Assembly: GCA_964634635.1 (NCBI GenBank)
Contig: CAZWMB010000001.1
Location: forward strand, 8,590-72,589
DNA from: an uncultured Lachnospiraceae bacterium
GTDB lineage: Bacteria; Bacillota; Clostridia; UBA1381
Direction: 5' to 3'
DNA: 64,000 nt
This document shows, in pieces, positions 28,842 to 38,903 of the stretch (the first letter of the stretch is position 1; each line of letters starts with the position of its first letter). Both the position numbers and the translations under genes were made by a program. The notes under the pieces are model-generated. The model was not told the origin of the DNA. It saw only the letters and a program-made list of their open reading frames with translations, and did no database searches.

Positions 28842-29240
28842 TTATTTGTCTTTATTCGTCTTTTGCTCCTTTTCGCGCAATCCGGACTTATAATCGTTTA
28901 TAGCCGACTGTATTGCCTCCTCCGCGAGTACCGAACAGTGTATTTTCTCGGGCGGCAGTCCGTCAAGCGCCTCCATTACCGCTTTATTGGTTAGCTCCAA
29001 AGCCTCCTCAACCGTCTTTCCTTTTACCATTTCCGTTGCCATCGAGCTGGTCGCTATGGCGGCTCCGCAGCCGAAGGTTTTGAACTTAACGTCCTGAATA
29101 ACGTCGTTCTCTATCCTCATATACATCTTCATTATATCGCCGCACTTCGCGTTTCCTACCTGCCCTATGGCGTTCGCGTTCTCTATCTCCCCGACATTTC
29201 TCGGATTTGCAAAATGCTCCATTACCTTTTCACTGTACAT
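28842..29240 (-). CDS. nifU: Fe-S cluster scaffold NifU/IscU
   Basis: YSEKVMEHF.NPRN, CGD, FGCGAAIA, KIHCS. Confidence 0.95.
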   Translation of the reverse strand: MYSEKVMEHFANPRNVGEIENANAIGQVGNAKCGDIMKMYMRIENDVIQDVKFKTFGCGAAIATSSMATEMVKGKTVEEALELTNKAVMEALDGLPPEKIHCSVLAEEAIQSAINDYKSGLREKEQKTNKDK

Positions 29241-30427
29241 TATTTTACACTCCTTTCAACGCCCTCGTATAAAGGCGACATATCTCTAAGCCTTTGAATT
29301 ATAGGCGGCAAAACGTCCAGCACATAATCGACGTCCTCCTCCGTTGTATCCTCGCTGATGCTGAGCCGCAGCGAGCCGTGCGCAACCTCGCTCGGCAAGC
29401 CTATCGCGAGCAGTACGTGCGACGGGTCGAGCGAGCCTGACGCGCAGGCGCTGCCGCTTGACGCCTCCACGCCCTTCATGTCAAGCATCATAAGAATTGA
29501 CTCGCCCTCTACATACTGAAACGAAAAATTCACGTTGTTACACAGACGCTTTTCTCCGGACGCGCCGTTAAGGCGGCAGTACGGTATTCTTTCCCGTATT
29601 CCGTCAATAAGCTTATCACGCAGCTTTGTCATTTTCGCAATATTACCGTCAAGCTCCCGCACGGCTGTCTCAAGCGCCTTTACCATACCTGCTATTCCGG
29701 CTGTATTTTCCGTGGCGGCGCGCTTGCCTCTCTCCTGTCCTCCGCCGTGAATAAGGCTGTCTATCCTCACTCCGTTCCTTATATACAGCGCGCCCACACC
29801 CTTCGGTCCGTGAAATTTGTGCGCCGACAGTGAAAGCATATCCACCCCAAGCTCCTGTACATTTATCGGCATATGCCCTATTGCCTGTACGGCGTCGGTA
29901 TGAAACACAACCCCATGCCTTTTGGTTATTTCGGCAATTTCCTTTATAGGCTCTACGGTACCTATTTCATTGTTCGCCGTCATGATTGAAACAAGTATCG
30001 TCCTGTCTGTTATACTTTTTTCCAATAATTCGGGACTTACAAAGCCATATTCGTCAACGTCAAGGTATGTCACTTCAAAGCCATGCTTTTCAAGATATTC
30101 ACATGTATTAAGAATTGCGTGATGCTCAATTTTTGAGGTTATAATGTGATTGCCCTTATTACGGTTAGCCATGGCGACGCCCTTTATCGCCCAGTTGTCC
30201 GACTCGCAGCCCGAGCCTGTAAAATATATTTCATTCGCCTTTGCCGCGCCCAAAAGCTTCGCCATATTCTCCCGCATTTTATACAGCGCCTGCTCCGCGT
30301 CCCTGCCGGTTCTGTAAAACTTTGAGGAGGCGTTACCGAACGTGTCTGCGTAAAACGGCAGCATCGTGTCAATTACTTCCTTTTTGACGCGGGTAGTTGC
30401 GCTGTTATCCATATAAACCGATTTCAT
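29240..30427 (-). CDS. nifS: Cysteine desulfurase NifS/IscS
   Basis: DNSATT, SAHKFHGPKG, SSGSACASGS; start taken after the GGGAG RBS. Confidence 0.96.
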   Translation of the reverse strand: MKSVYMDNSATTRVKKEVIDTMLPFYADTFGNASSKFYRTGRDAEQALYKMRENMAKLLGAAKANEIYFTGSGCESDNWAIKGVAMANRNKGNHIITSKIEHHAILNTCEYLEKHGFEVTYLDVDEYGFVSPELLEKSITDRTILVSIMTANNEIGTVEPIKEIAEITKRHGVVFHTDAVQAIGHMPINVQELGVDMLSLSAHKFHGPKGVGALYIRNGVRIDSLIHGGGQERGKRAATENTAGIAGMVKALETAVRELDGNIAKMTKLRDKLIDGIRERIPYCRLNGASGEKRLCNNVNFSFQYVEGESILMMLDMKGVEASSGSACASGSLDPSHVLLAIGLPSEVAHGSLRLSISEDTTEEDVDYVLDVLPPIIQRLRDMSPLYEGVERSVK

Positions 30428-30612
30428 TATATCAACTCCCATGTATTTATTTGAACGTATGAATAACTGTTCCGATATATTTTACCTCTTATCTCTCACT
30501 TTGTCAATAGATTTTATGGATTTTGCTTATATACCGTCTGTTTGAGAAATAATTGGAAATAATTCTGTACTTTTACGTTTTAATGCTGTATAATTAGGTT
30601 CGGGGTGATAGA

Positions 30613-31779
30613 ATGATTACCGGTGTAATTGCCGAATACAATATTTTTCATAACGGTCATAAGTACCAGCTTGATGAAATAAAAAAACGCTCGGACGCGG
30701 TTGTCGCGGTAATAAGCGGTTCATTTGTACAGCGCGGCGACGTGGCCGTATGCGATAAATGGGCAAGAGCGAGGATCGCTCTTTTAAACGGCGCGGATCT
30801 GGTGCTGGAGCTGCCCGTGTGCTATGCGCTTAATGCCGCTCCCGGCTTCGCGGAAGGCGGAGTGGGTATTCTTGACTCGCTCGGAGTCGTCGACAGTATA
30901 TGCTTTGGCAGCGAGTGCGGAGATATTGACAGAATATCCGCCGCGGCTTTACTGCTTGAAAACGAAACGAAGGAAATATCCGATAAGATAAAAAAGTATT
31001 CGGCGAAGGGCATGAGCTATCCGTCGGCTGTGACAAAAGCGTACGGCGGCGTTATACCTGAGGATATTTTGTCGGAACCGAATAATATACTCGCGCTTGA
31101 ATATGTCCGCGCCATTTACAGGCGCGGCAGCGAAATAACGCCGTTCACCGTAAAAAGACAGGGCGCCGAGCATGACGCGGTAACAGCGCGCGGTAACACG
31201 GCGAGCGCGTCCGCTCTGCGTTCGGGAATAAAAAACGGAGACGATATTTCAGCGTACATTCCCTACCCCATATCGGAACTTGGCGATAACTTCCCGTTCG
31301 ACGCCTCCTCTCTTGACATAGCCTTACTGTCGCGCCTGAGGACAATGTCCGCCGGCGAACTTAAAAATATAAACGAGGTTTCCGAGGGAATTGAAAACAG
31401 AATAATAGCATGCGCCAGGGATGCACGCAGTATGGACGAGCTTACGGCGCTTGTCAAAAACAAGCGATACACCGAAAGTAAAATCCGGCGTATACTGTTC
31501 GGCGCGCTCATTGGATTTACAAAAGATATTTATACACGCGAGCCGCAGTATATACGAGTACTCGGTATGAACAAAACCGGTACGGACATTCTGAGGCGGG
31601 CTAAAAAAACATGCGCTATTCCGATTATAACTAAAACCGCCGATTTCAGGGATATAAGCCCGCAGTTCGCTCTCGACCTGCGCGCTACCGACGTCGCTAT
31701 GCTGTGCGCCCCGGCGGATACGCGCGGCGGAAAGGATTTTACCACGCCGCCTGTCAGAGTAAAAGCGCTTACTTTTTAA
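30613..31779 (+). CDS. tmcAL: tRNA(Met) cytidine acetate ligase (YlbM/TmcAL)
   Basis: AEYNIFHNGH, SGSFVQRG, PNNILALEY, SASALR, YIRVLG. Confidence 0.9.
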   Translation: MITGVIAEYNIFHNGHKYQLDEIKKRSDAVVAVISGSFVQRGDVAVCDKWARARIALLNGADLVLELPVCYALNAAPGFAEGGVGILDSLGVVDSICFGSECGDIDRISAAALLLENETKEISDKIKKYSAKGMSYPSAVTKAYGGVIPEDILSEPNNILALEYVRAIYRRGSEITPFTVKRQGAEHDAVTARGNTASASALRSGIKNGDDISAYIPYPISELGDNFPFDASSLDIALLSRLRTMSAGELKNINEVSEGIENRIIACARDARSMDELTALVKNKRYTESKIRRILFGALIGFTKDIYTREPQYIRVLGMNKTGTDILRRAKKTCAIPIITKTADFRDISPQFALDLRATDVAMLCAPADTRGGKDFTTPPVRVKALTF

Positions 31780-31871
31780 AAAATAAATGCTTTTGCCGTG
31801 GGCGAACCTTATTTTACTATTGAAAAAATACTCATAATTTGGTAAAATAAAACTTAAGGAGATGAAAAAGG

Positions 31872-34481
31872 ATGCGTACAGTAAAACTACATTGGCTTGA
31901 AAACCGCGCGAAGGGCGGATATGTAACCTTCGGAGTTCCGTGGAAAAAAGGACAGATACAATATGAGGACGGAAGAATTATGACAGGCATAGCTCCCGAA
32001 CCGGATACGGCGATGGATATGCGTCCGATAGCGTTTTGGGAGGACGGCAGCGTTAAATGGACGTCGCACACCGCCAAGGTCGGAGAGGACGGGCTGACGC
32101 TGACAAACGGCGTATTCGCGGCCTTCGAGGGAATAACGACGGAGGAAACGGACAGCGAGATAACGGTTGACAACGGCTTGTTCAAGGCGGTATTCCCTAA
32201 GTCGGGAACGGTTCTTATGAAAACTCCGTACGCGGACGCGTCGCTCAGGGCGGTAAAGGAAACGCGCGGCTTCGAGGGAGACTGTGAGGTAACGAGGTCG
32301 GTTCCGTATATAGGTACGGCGGACGAGGTATGCGTTGAGGAAAGCGGAAATGTAAAGACCGTTATAAAGGCGTCCGGCGCGCATAAAAACGCTGACGGAG
32401 GCGAGTTTTTAAGATTTATTGTCCGCTTCGCAGTTTATTTTGACGAGCCGTCCGTGAAAATTACACATACCTTTCTGTATGACGGCGACGAAAGCGTTGA
32501 TTTTATAAAGGGCGTCGGAGTGGAGCTTACCCGTAAAATGGAGGGCGAACAGTACAACCGCCATATAAAAATAACAGGCGACTGCGGAGTGATGCACGAG
32601 GAGGTACAGATACTGAACCTGTGGCGTCCAAGACTGGGGCCGTCAATAGGAAATCAGCCGATACATGAAAAACAGATGTCCGGAGAGATAATAAATCTGG
32701 ACGGCATTGTAGATTTACGCAACGGAGAACAGGTGACGGACGAGCAGATAGACAATGTAACAAAATGGGACTGTTATCGTTTGCGGCAGACAAGCCCGGA
32801 CAGCTTTACGGTCATGAAGCGTACCGCTCCCGAGGAATGTTCTTTTATAAAGGCGAACTGGGGCAGACGCTCAAAGGGTCTTATGTACATAGGCGACGAA
32901 AAAAACGGTATTGCGGTATGCGTGCGCGACTTCTGGCAGAAGTACCCCACGTCGCTGTACGCGCGCGGACTAAGCACGGACGAGGCGTCTCTTACGGCGT
33001 GGATTGTTCCGCCCGACGCTCCGGCGCAGGACATGCGCCATTATGACAACGTACCGCATGACCAGACCTATTATGAGGGCTTCCCGGAAATAGGCGCGAG
33101 CGCGTACGGAATAGCCAACACAAATGAAATGACGCTGTACATGTTTGACAGCGTCCCTGCGGACAGCGAGCTTATGAATAAGGCGGAGCGCGTACAGAAA
33201 CCGCCCGTGCTGCTCTCATCGCCGGAGTATTACCACGAGGTAAAGGCGCTTGGCGAATGGAGCCTGCCCGTGAGGGATACGCCGCTCAGGACGTGGCTTG
33301 AGGACGAGATGGACAAGGCGTTTGACTTCTACAAAAATGAAATAGAACAGCGTCACTGGTACGGACTGTGGGATTACGGCGACGTTATGCATACCTATGA
33401 CGCTCAGCGTCATTGCTGGCGTTACGATATGGGAGGCTACGCGTGGCAGAACACCGAGCTTGTGCCGACTCTATGGCTGTGGTATGCGTTTCTGCGTACA
33501 GGACGCGAGGACATATTCACAGTCGCCGAGGCGATGAGCCGTCACGCGGCTGATGTTGACACCTATCATTTTGGGGAATTAAAGGGTCTTGGCAGCCGTC
33601 ATAACGTGGTGCATTGGGGAGATTCGTGCAAAGAGCCGCGTGTGGCTATGGCGGGACATCACAGGGCGCTGTATTATCTTACAGGCGGTGATTTACGCAT
33701 AGGCGACGTCCTGGACGACGTGCGCGACGCGGATTTTTCGACTCTCGCTATGGACCCCCTCAGGTATTTTTATAAAAAAGAGGAAAGCAGGCTGCCGACG
33801 CACGCGCGCAGCGGTCCGGACTGGTCCACCTACTGCTCAAACTGGTATACGGCGTGGGAGCGCTATGGCGACGTAAGATACCGCGATAAGATAAAAACGG
33901 GTATAGAGGATTTGAAAAAAGCGCCGCTGAGGCTTATATCCGGTTCAAATTTTGAGTATGACCCCGCGACCGGTCATCTTGGATATATAGGCGAAAACGC
34001 CGCCGGCGGCTCGCATCTGGCGGTATGCATGGGAGGACCTCAGACATGGATGGAGCTTGCGGACTGCCTTGGAGATGAGGAGTTCCGTGAAATGCTTGCC
34101 GAGTACGGAAAATTCTATTTTCTCTCCCCCGAGGAAAAGCGCAGGGCGGCGAAAAATCTTATAGACGGCGAGGGATTTGAGTATCCGTATATGGCGGCGG
34201 CGCTGTGCGCGTGGACGGCGCGTGAAACGGACGACAGGGATCTGGCGCGTAAGGTGTGGCAGGTGCTTATATACTCGCTTTCCGGCAGGGAGAAAAAGGA
34301 TAATTTTGACCTGACGGAAATTAAGGATTATTTCAACGCTCCGGCGCTGAGGGAGGCTTTTTGGATAAGCACGAATTTTGCCGCTCAGTGGTGCCTGAAC
34401 GTTATTTGCGCTCTGGAATTTACAGGAGACTTTATGGAGGCTGCCGCCGATGACTACGAGTTTGAGGATTGGGTAAAATAA
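31872..34481 (+). CDS. YetA/PcRGLX-like exo-rhamnogalacturonan lyase (PL26-like), no signal peptide
   Basis: TFGVPW, WEDGSVKW, DFWQKYP, WYGLWDYGDVMH..WRYDMGGYAWQNTE, LGSRHNVVHWG. Confidence 0.75.
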   Translation: MRTVKLHWLENRAKGGYVTFGVPWKKGQIQYEDGRIMTGIAPEPDTAMDMRPIAFWEDGSVKWTSHTAKVGEDGLTLTNGVFAAFEGITTEETDSEITVDNGLFKAVFPKSGTVLMKTPYADASLRAVKETRGFEGDCEVTRSVPYIGTADEVCVEESGNVKTVIKASGAHKNADGGEFLRFIVRFAVYFDEPSVKITHTFLYDGDESVDFIKGVGVELTRKMEGEQYNRHIKITGDCGVMHEEVQILNLWRPRLGPSIGNQPIHEKQMSGEIINLDGIVDLRNGEQVTDEQIDNVTKWDCYRLRQTSPDSFTVMKRTAPEECSFIKANWGRRSKGLMYIGDEKNGIAVCVRDFWQKYPTSLYARGLSTDEASLTAWIVPPDAPAQDMRHYDNVPHDQTYYEGFPEIGASAYGIANTNEMTLYMFDSVPADSELMNKAERVQKPPVLLSSPEYYHEVKALGEWSLPVRDTPLRTWLEDEMDKAFDFYKNEIEQRHWYGLWDYGDVMHTYDAQRHCWRYDMGGYAWQNTELVPTLWLWYAFLRTGREDIFTVAEAMSRHAADVDTYHFGELKGLGSRHNVVHWGDSCKEPRVAMAGHHRALYYLTGGDLRIGDVLDDVRDADFSTLAMDPLRYFYKKEESRLPTHARSGPDWSTYCSNWYTAWERYGDVRYRDKIKTGIEDLKKAPLRLISGSNFEYDPATGHLGYIGENAAGGSHLAVCMGGPQTWMELADCLGDEEFREMLAEYGKFYFLSPEEKRRAAKNLIDGEGFEYPYMAAALCAWTARETDDRDLARKVWQVLIYSLSGREKKDNFDLTEIKDYFNAPALREAFWISTNFAAQWCLNVICALEFTGDFMEAAADDYEFEDWVK

Positions 34482-34573
34482 CCGTAAATAAGTAAAAAAT
34501 AACAAATTTCATATATTAAAATTGGTAGAAATAGCCAAAAAAACTTTTTAACCGAAAAAGACCGTAAAAAGCT

Positions 34574-34602
34574 TTGACAATAACGGAATAAGATGATATA
34601 AT
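34574..34602 (+). promoter_or_regulatory. Consensus sigmaA promoter of the SLH gene
   Basis: TTGACA-17-TATAAT with extended TG. Confidence 0.85.
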
Positions 34603-34642
34603 ATTACCAAAACTAAATAATTCTATGAAAGAAGGAATATTA

Positions 34643-36592
34643 ATGAAAAAATTTATTTCATGTCTATTGGCAGCGTCAATGCTCGTTATGTCAACGGCTG
34701 CGCTTGCCGCGGCGCCGTCGGATTACGACGGTCAGAGCTATGCCGGCCTTGGCTATACGTCGGACGACCCGGACGGTCAGTTTAATCTCGCGGTAATTGC
34801 CAACGGAGATGTAAACATCTATGGCGACACGATGTATATACAGGGCAGCGTTTACTCCAACGGCACAATTTATGCCGGAAACGGTCAGGGCAATAAGGTT
34901 GACGGTCTGTTCATTTCAGGTACCGAAAATACTGTATTCGGCAGCGACGATAACAATGATGAGTGGACACAATACAGAACAGCGGAGGGCTTTGTGCATG
35001 TAAATGATTACGGTAATACAGACGGCATCAATTATTACAGCACGCAGATTGAGCACGAGGGCGCGATTCTTGATAAGAACACAAGCTTTGAATGTTCTTA
35101 CGAGCCGTTTGAAATTCCGACAATCTCAAACGACATAGGAGACGCGGAGTTTAATGTTTACGGCTATGACGGTAGCGGATGGGGCGACGCCAACACAACG
35201 GCGAGAACCATTTCGGAAAACACAAAAATCGGCGCTTTGAAAATGAACGGTTCATACGGTCCGGCGCTTACCGTTGATACGACAAACGGTCCGGTAAATA
35301 TTGTTATTGATGAAATCACATCAGATTCTCAAAATATCAATATTAAGGTTGTCGGTGACAATGACGCGAATATTTACATCGGCAGCTTACCCGCGAATAT
35401 TCCGGTAATTATCAATTATGATAATACGGTATGGCCTATGGAAATTAGCGGCAGTGTGGAAAAAACACATCTTTATCTTGGCTCTGACACGGTTATCAGC
35501 GCGTCAAAAATAGCTGTAGCCGATATGAAGGTAACCGCTGACTCGCTTGAAATCAGCGGAGCTACGACTTTTACCGGAAATATTGAATCCAACGCAAGTT
35601 CGTTTACCATAACCGGCGGTCAGACGGAGGTTACAGGTATCGTATGCGTGCCGAATGCTGATTCGGAAGTAGTTGACTCAGGTACTCTTTACGGTCAGTT
35701 GCATACAAATACGCTGACAATAAACGGCGCGGGCAGAATTCTATGGAAAGCGGATACGGCTGTTGCCAAGGCGGAGGTTGAGGAAACTCCGGAGCCGACT
35801 GAAGAGCCGACGCCCGCTCCTGTCCCCGAGGATGACGAGATAGACCTCTACGGTCTTGGATATGCTTATATATTCGGTTATGAGCCTAAAATATCCTACG
35901 AGCCGGTAACGGATGAGGACGGCAACTATGTTGGCGGACAGCTTATCGCCGAGGTCGAGATGGCTCCCAATGACGCTGTAACAAGAGAACAGGTCGCGGC
36001 GATGATTATGAGAATGATTGACCAGAATTATGACTCAATGGATGCTGTATATCCCGTAACTGACAATATCTCGGCTCACGAGGGTACATGGTATGAGAGA
36101 GGTCTTGCGTATCTTGCAAGCAAGGGCGCGTTTGACGGAATTGACTCTGTTGAAATCGGTCCTGTAACAAGAGGCGAGGTTGCCAAGCTTGTTGTATTCG
36201 GTCTGAACCTGAAGAATACAGGCGACGTTGACTTCACGGATATTTCGGGTCATCAGTATGAGGACTATATCAAGATTATGTGCGCGTATGGTTATATGCA
36301 GGGTATGGGTGACGGTCAGTTCATGCCGGATAAGATTATGACAAGAGCTGAATACTGTTCGATGTTCAATCAGATTATCGGCAGAGATCAAATGGGCCTG
36401 ACGGCTCAGGACGGCGCCGAGGTAACTCCGGAGCTTTACTCAATCGTTGATCTTAACGACGGCGCATGGTACGTTGATGTTATGATGAAGGCTACATCAG
36501 CTTATGACAGCAACGGTCTGATAGACACCGAAACAAGACTCAGCAACATCAGAAACGTACTTGATAACTATGACGCTCAGAAGTGGTTCTAA
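34643..36592 (+). CDS. Secreted SLH-domain protein with beta-rich N-terminal domain and Pro/Glu/Thr linker
   Basis: Signal peptide MKKFISCLLAAS; ETPEPTEEPTPAP linker; SLH motifs VTREQVA, VTRGEVA, GYMQGMGDGQFMPDKIMTRAE. Confidence 0.85.
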   Translation: MKKFISCLLAASMLVMSTAALAAAPSDYDGQSYAGLGYTSDDPDGQFNLAVIANGDVNIYGDTMYIQGSVYSNGTIYAGNGQGNKVDGLFISGTENTVFGSDDNNDEWTQYRTAEGFVHVNDYGNTDGINYYSTQIEHEGAILDKNTSFECSYEPFEIPTISNDIGDAEFNVYGYDGSGWGDANTTARTISENTKIGALKMNGSYGPALTVDTTNGPVNIVIDEITSDSQNINIKVVGDNDANIYIGSLPANIPVIINYDNTVWPMEISGSVEKTHLYLGSDTVISASKIAVADMKVTADSLEISGATTFTGNIESNASSFTITGGQTEVTGIVCVPNADSEVVDSGTLYGQLHTNTLTINGAGRILWKADTAVAKAEVEETPEPTEEPTPAPVPEDDEIDLYGLGYAYIFGYEPKISYEPVTDEDGNYVGGQLIAEVEMAPNDAVTREQVAAMIMRMIDQNYDSMDAVYPVTDNISAHEGTWYERGLAYLASKGAFDGIDSVEIGPVTRGEVAKLVVFGLNLKNTGDVDFTDISGHQYEDYIKIMCAYGYMQGMGDGQFMPDKIMTRAEYCSMFNQIIGRDQMGLTAQDGAEVTPELYSIVDLNDGAWYVDVMMKATSAYDSNGLIDTETRLSNIRNVLDNYDAQKWF

Positions 36593-36627
36593 ATAATAAT
36601 TAAAAAATGAACGCGGAATTCCGCGGG

Positions 36628-36664
36628 CAAAGAGAGAAATTTCTTAGGAGATTTCTCTCTTTTT
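36628..36664 (+). terminator. Intrinsic terminator after the SLH gene
   Basis: AAAGAGAGAAAT..ATTTCTCTCTTTTT. Confidence 0.75.
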
Positions 36665-36802
36665 GTATACCGTTGCATCTCATGCGGCGGCGGCGCGTAT
36701 TTGTATTGCAATTTAAGCTATAGGAAAAAATCCCAAATAAAATATCCCCTCAAGAGCGCGTTTTGCGGCAATGTGAGGGGATACATAATATTTTGCACAA
36801 TA

Positions 36803-37831
36803 TCATCTCACCATTTCATCCTGATGACCGGTCGCCTTATGCGACTTAATAACGCTTTCAATTTCCTCGATGCTGCTCGCGGACATATCTCCGATAACAG
36901 TATTCTTGACAGCCGACAGCGCGTTGCCGATTTCTATCGCTCTTTGGGGAGAACCATGCTTTATAAGACCGTACAGCACGCCCGCTAGGTACGCGTCGCC
37001 TGAGCCTATTCTGTCAATAACCTCGATATTGTTGTACGGCTCCTCCTCGTAGAAAGCGCCCTCCACATACATTTTTGAATTGAAATTATGATGCGTTGGA
37101 CTTACGACGTCGCGCCGCGTCGTCGCTATGAGCGAGCATCCGTAGTCGTTTGCGTAGCCCTTTATAATTTCCTCAAGAGTACCGGTTCTCCGCAACATTC
37201 TGCGCGAGGTTTCCTCCGACACGAACAGGAGGTCAACATATGGGAATATTGTTTCGACAGCCTTTTTAGCATCCTCCTCGTTCCACAGAGCGGCGCGATA
37301 ATTTACGTCAAAGGATATGTACGCGCCTGCCGCCTTGAATTTTTTTATCATCTCAATCGTAGTGTCCCTGAGCGACGGAGCAAGCGCCATAGTGATGCTG
37401 GACACATGAAAAATTTTTGCCTTGCCATAGATGTCGTCCGGCAGGTCGGAAAGCGACAGCGAGCAAAAGCTGGAGTTTGCCCTGTCATAAATAACAGAGG
37501 ACTTTCTCGGATACGCGCCGCTCTCATAATAGTAAATACCAAGACGCTTTGAGGGGGAATGATCGTAGATTATGTAGTCGTCGGAAACATTGCCGTAGCG
37601 GATTTTGTTACGGATAAAATGTCCCATTTTATTTTCGGGGAGCTTGGTTATAATAGCCGAACGTATACCGAGCATTGCGGCTCCGGACACGACGTTCAAC
37701 TCGCTGCCTCCGGCATTTTTGTCGAAGGTTTCGCTCTGTGAAATTTTTTCTTTGTCCGGAGGCGAGAGGCGCAGCATAACCTCGCCAAGACCTATAAGGT
37801 CAAAATCGGTGTTTTCCTTAAACTTCATCAT
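36803..37831 (-). CDS. kdgK: 2-keto-3-deoxygluconate kinase (PfkB family)
   Basis: GEVMLRLSP, GGSELNV, FDVNYRAALW, DRIGSGDAY. Confidence 0.8.
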   Translation of the reverse strand: MMKFKENTDFDLIGLGEVMLRLSPPDKEKISQSETFDKNAGGSELNVVSGAAMLGIRSAIITKLPENKMGHFIRNKIRYGNVSDDYIIYDHSPSKRLGIYYYESGAYPRKSSVIYDRANSSFCSLSLSDLPDDIYGKAKIFHVSSITMALAPSLRDTTIEMIKKFKAAGAYISFDVNYRAALWNEEDAKKAVETIFPYVDLLFVSEETSRRMLRRTGTLEEIIKGYANDYGCSLIATTRRDVVSPTHHNFNSKMYVEGAFYEEEPYNNIEVIDRIGSGDAYLAGVLYGLIKHGSPQRAIEIGNALSAVKNTVIGDMSASSIEEIESVIKSHKATGHQDEMVR

Positions 37832-37870
37832 TATCATCCTTTCATATGTTTGTGTATTTTATATATATTT

Positions 37871-37899
37871 ATTATATAATATTTTTGTAAATTCGTCAA
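37871..37899 (-). promoter_or_regulatory. sigmaA promoter of kdgK
   Basis: TTGACG-17-TATAAT. Confidence 0.7.
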
Positions 37900-38103
37900 T
37901 GTTTTCTTAACAGCAACCCACGGCTGACTCAATAAGGTTATACTTGTAATTAATAACGGTATGTGATATAATGCAATCAAAGCGTTATCCTATTATAAAG
38001 ACGGCGTATGAAATGGCGGCCGATGAAAAATCAGATTTACTTACTGATGAAGTACAAGGCATGAAAAACGGCATTAGTACATTAAGAGGAGTACATATTA
38101 AAT

Positions 38104-38838
38104 ATGGAAAGTAATAAAGCGGATAATATCTATTATCATCTTATGTGTGAGAGAAAAGAAATCTACCATATTTTAATGGTTGTGGCGGGATTCTTCGGGG
38201 CATATACCTTTTTGCTCCGAGGCAATGTGTTTTGTAATGCTCAGACGGGTAATGTAGTGTTGATGGGAATGGCGCTTGGAGCGGGAAAATGGAGAGAGGC
38301 ATTGTATTATCTGATACCTATTTCCGCTTATATGCTTGGGGCTTTCGTATCGGAGCTGCTTCCAAATCCGGTTAAACATCATCTGCCTGTCCGCTGGGAT
38401 ACGTTACTGATTGCGATAGAGATGCTGGCAGCGCTGGCTTTGGGCTTTGTCCCTTTGTCGGCGCCGGTGCAGATTGCTCAGGTTACAATCAATTTTGTTG
38501 CTTCTATGCAATACAATACTTTTCGTCAGGCAGAAGGCGTACCGGAGGCGACAACCTTCGCCACAAATCATATCAGGCAGATTGGAGTAGGCTTGGCAAA
38601 AGAGATTACGCATTTTCGTCTGTCAGATAAAACGCACCGAAAAAGCCTGCGCGAACACTTTACTATGTTGATATTTTTCCTTGCGGGAGCGTTCGTAGGA
38701 ACAATATTGTGTAATTTATCGGATGAAAAAGCTATTTGGGCAACGCTGTTTCCTCTTGGTGTGATACTTGGTATCTTTCTCTATGCGGATTTTGTCAGCG
38801 AAAGAACTTTGAAGGAAAGAAAGCCGGCGGGACATTAA
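38104..38838 (+). CDS. YoaK / DUF1275 family membrane protein
   Basis: AYTFLLRGNVFCNAQTGN, MQYNTFR, ATTFATN; several TM helices. Confidence 0.85.
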   Translation: MESNKADNIYYHLMCERKEIYHILMVVAGFFGAYTFLLRGNVFCNAQTGNVVLMGMALGAGKWREALYYLIPISAYMLGAFVSELLPNPVKHHLPVRWDTLLIAIEMLAALALGFVPLSAPVQIAQVTINFVASMQYNTFRQAEGVPEATTFATNHIRQIGVGLAKEITHFRLSDKTHRKSLREHFTMLIFFLAGAFVGTILCNLSDEKAIWATLFPLGVILGIFLYADFVSERTLKERKPAGH

Positions 38839-38903
38839 GAAAAATACGCATATCCGTATTATCACAATAGATTATATTCCCGTTCGGACTGTCCTGCGCG
38901 CAT

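Noticed and set aside
28820-28864. CRISPR-like repeats
   Set aside because: These are adjacent 10-bp units with no spacers, and there are no cas genes
37975-38100. Riboswitch upstream of yoaK
   Set aside because: No recognisable conserved aptamer motif (fluoride, yybP, T-box, SAM) by eye
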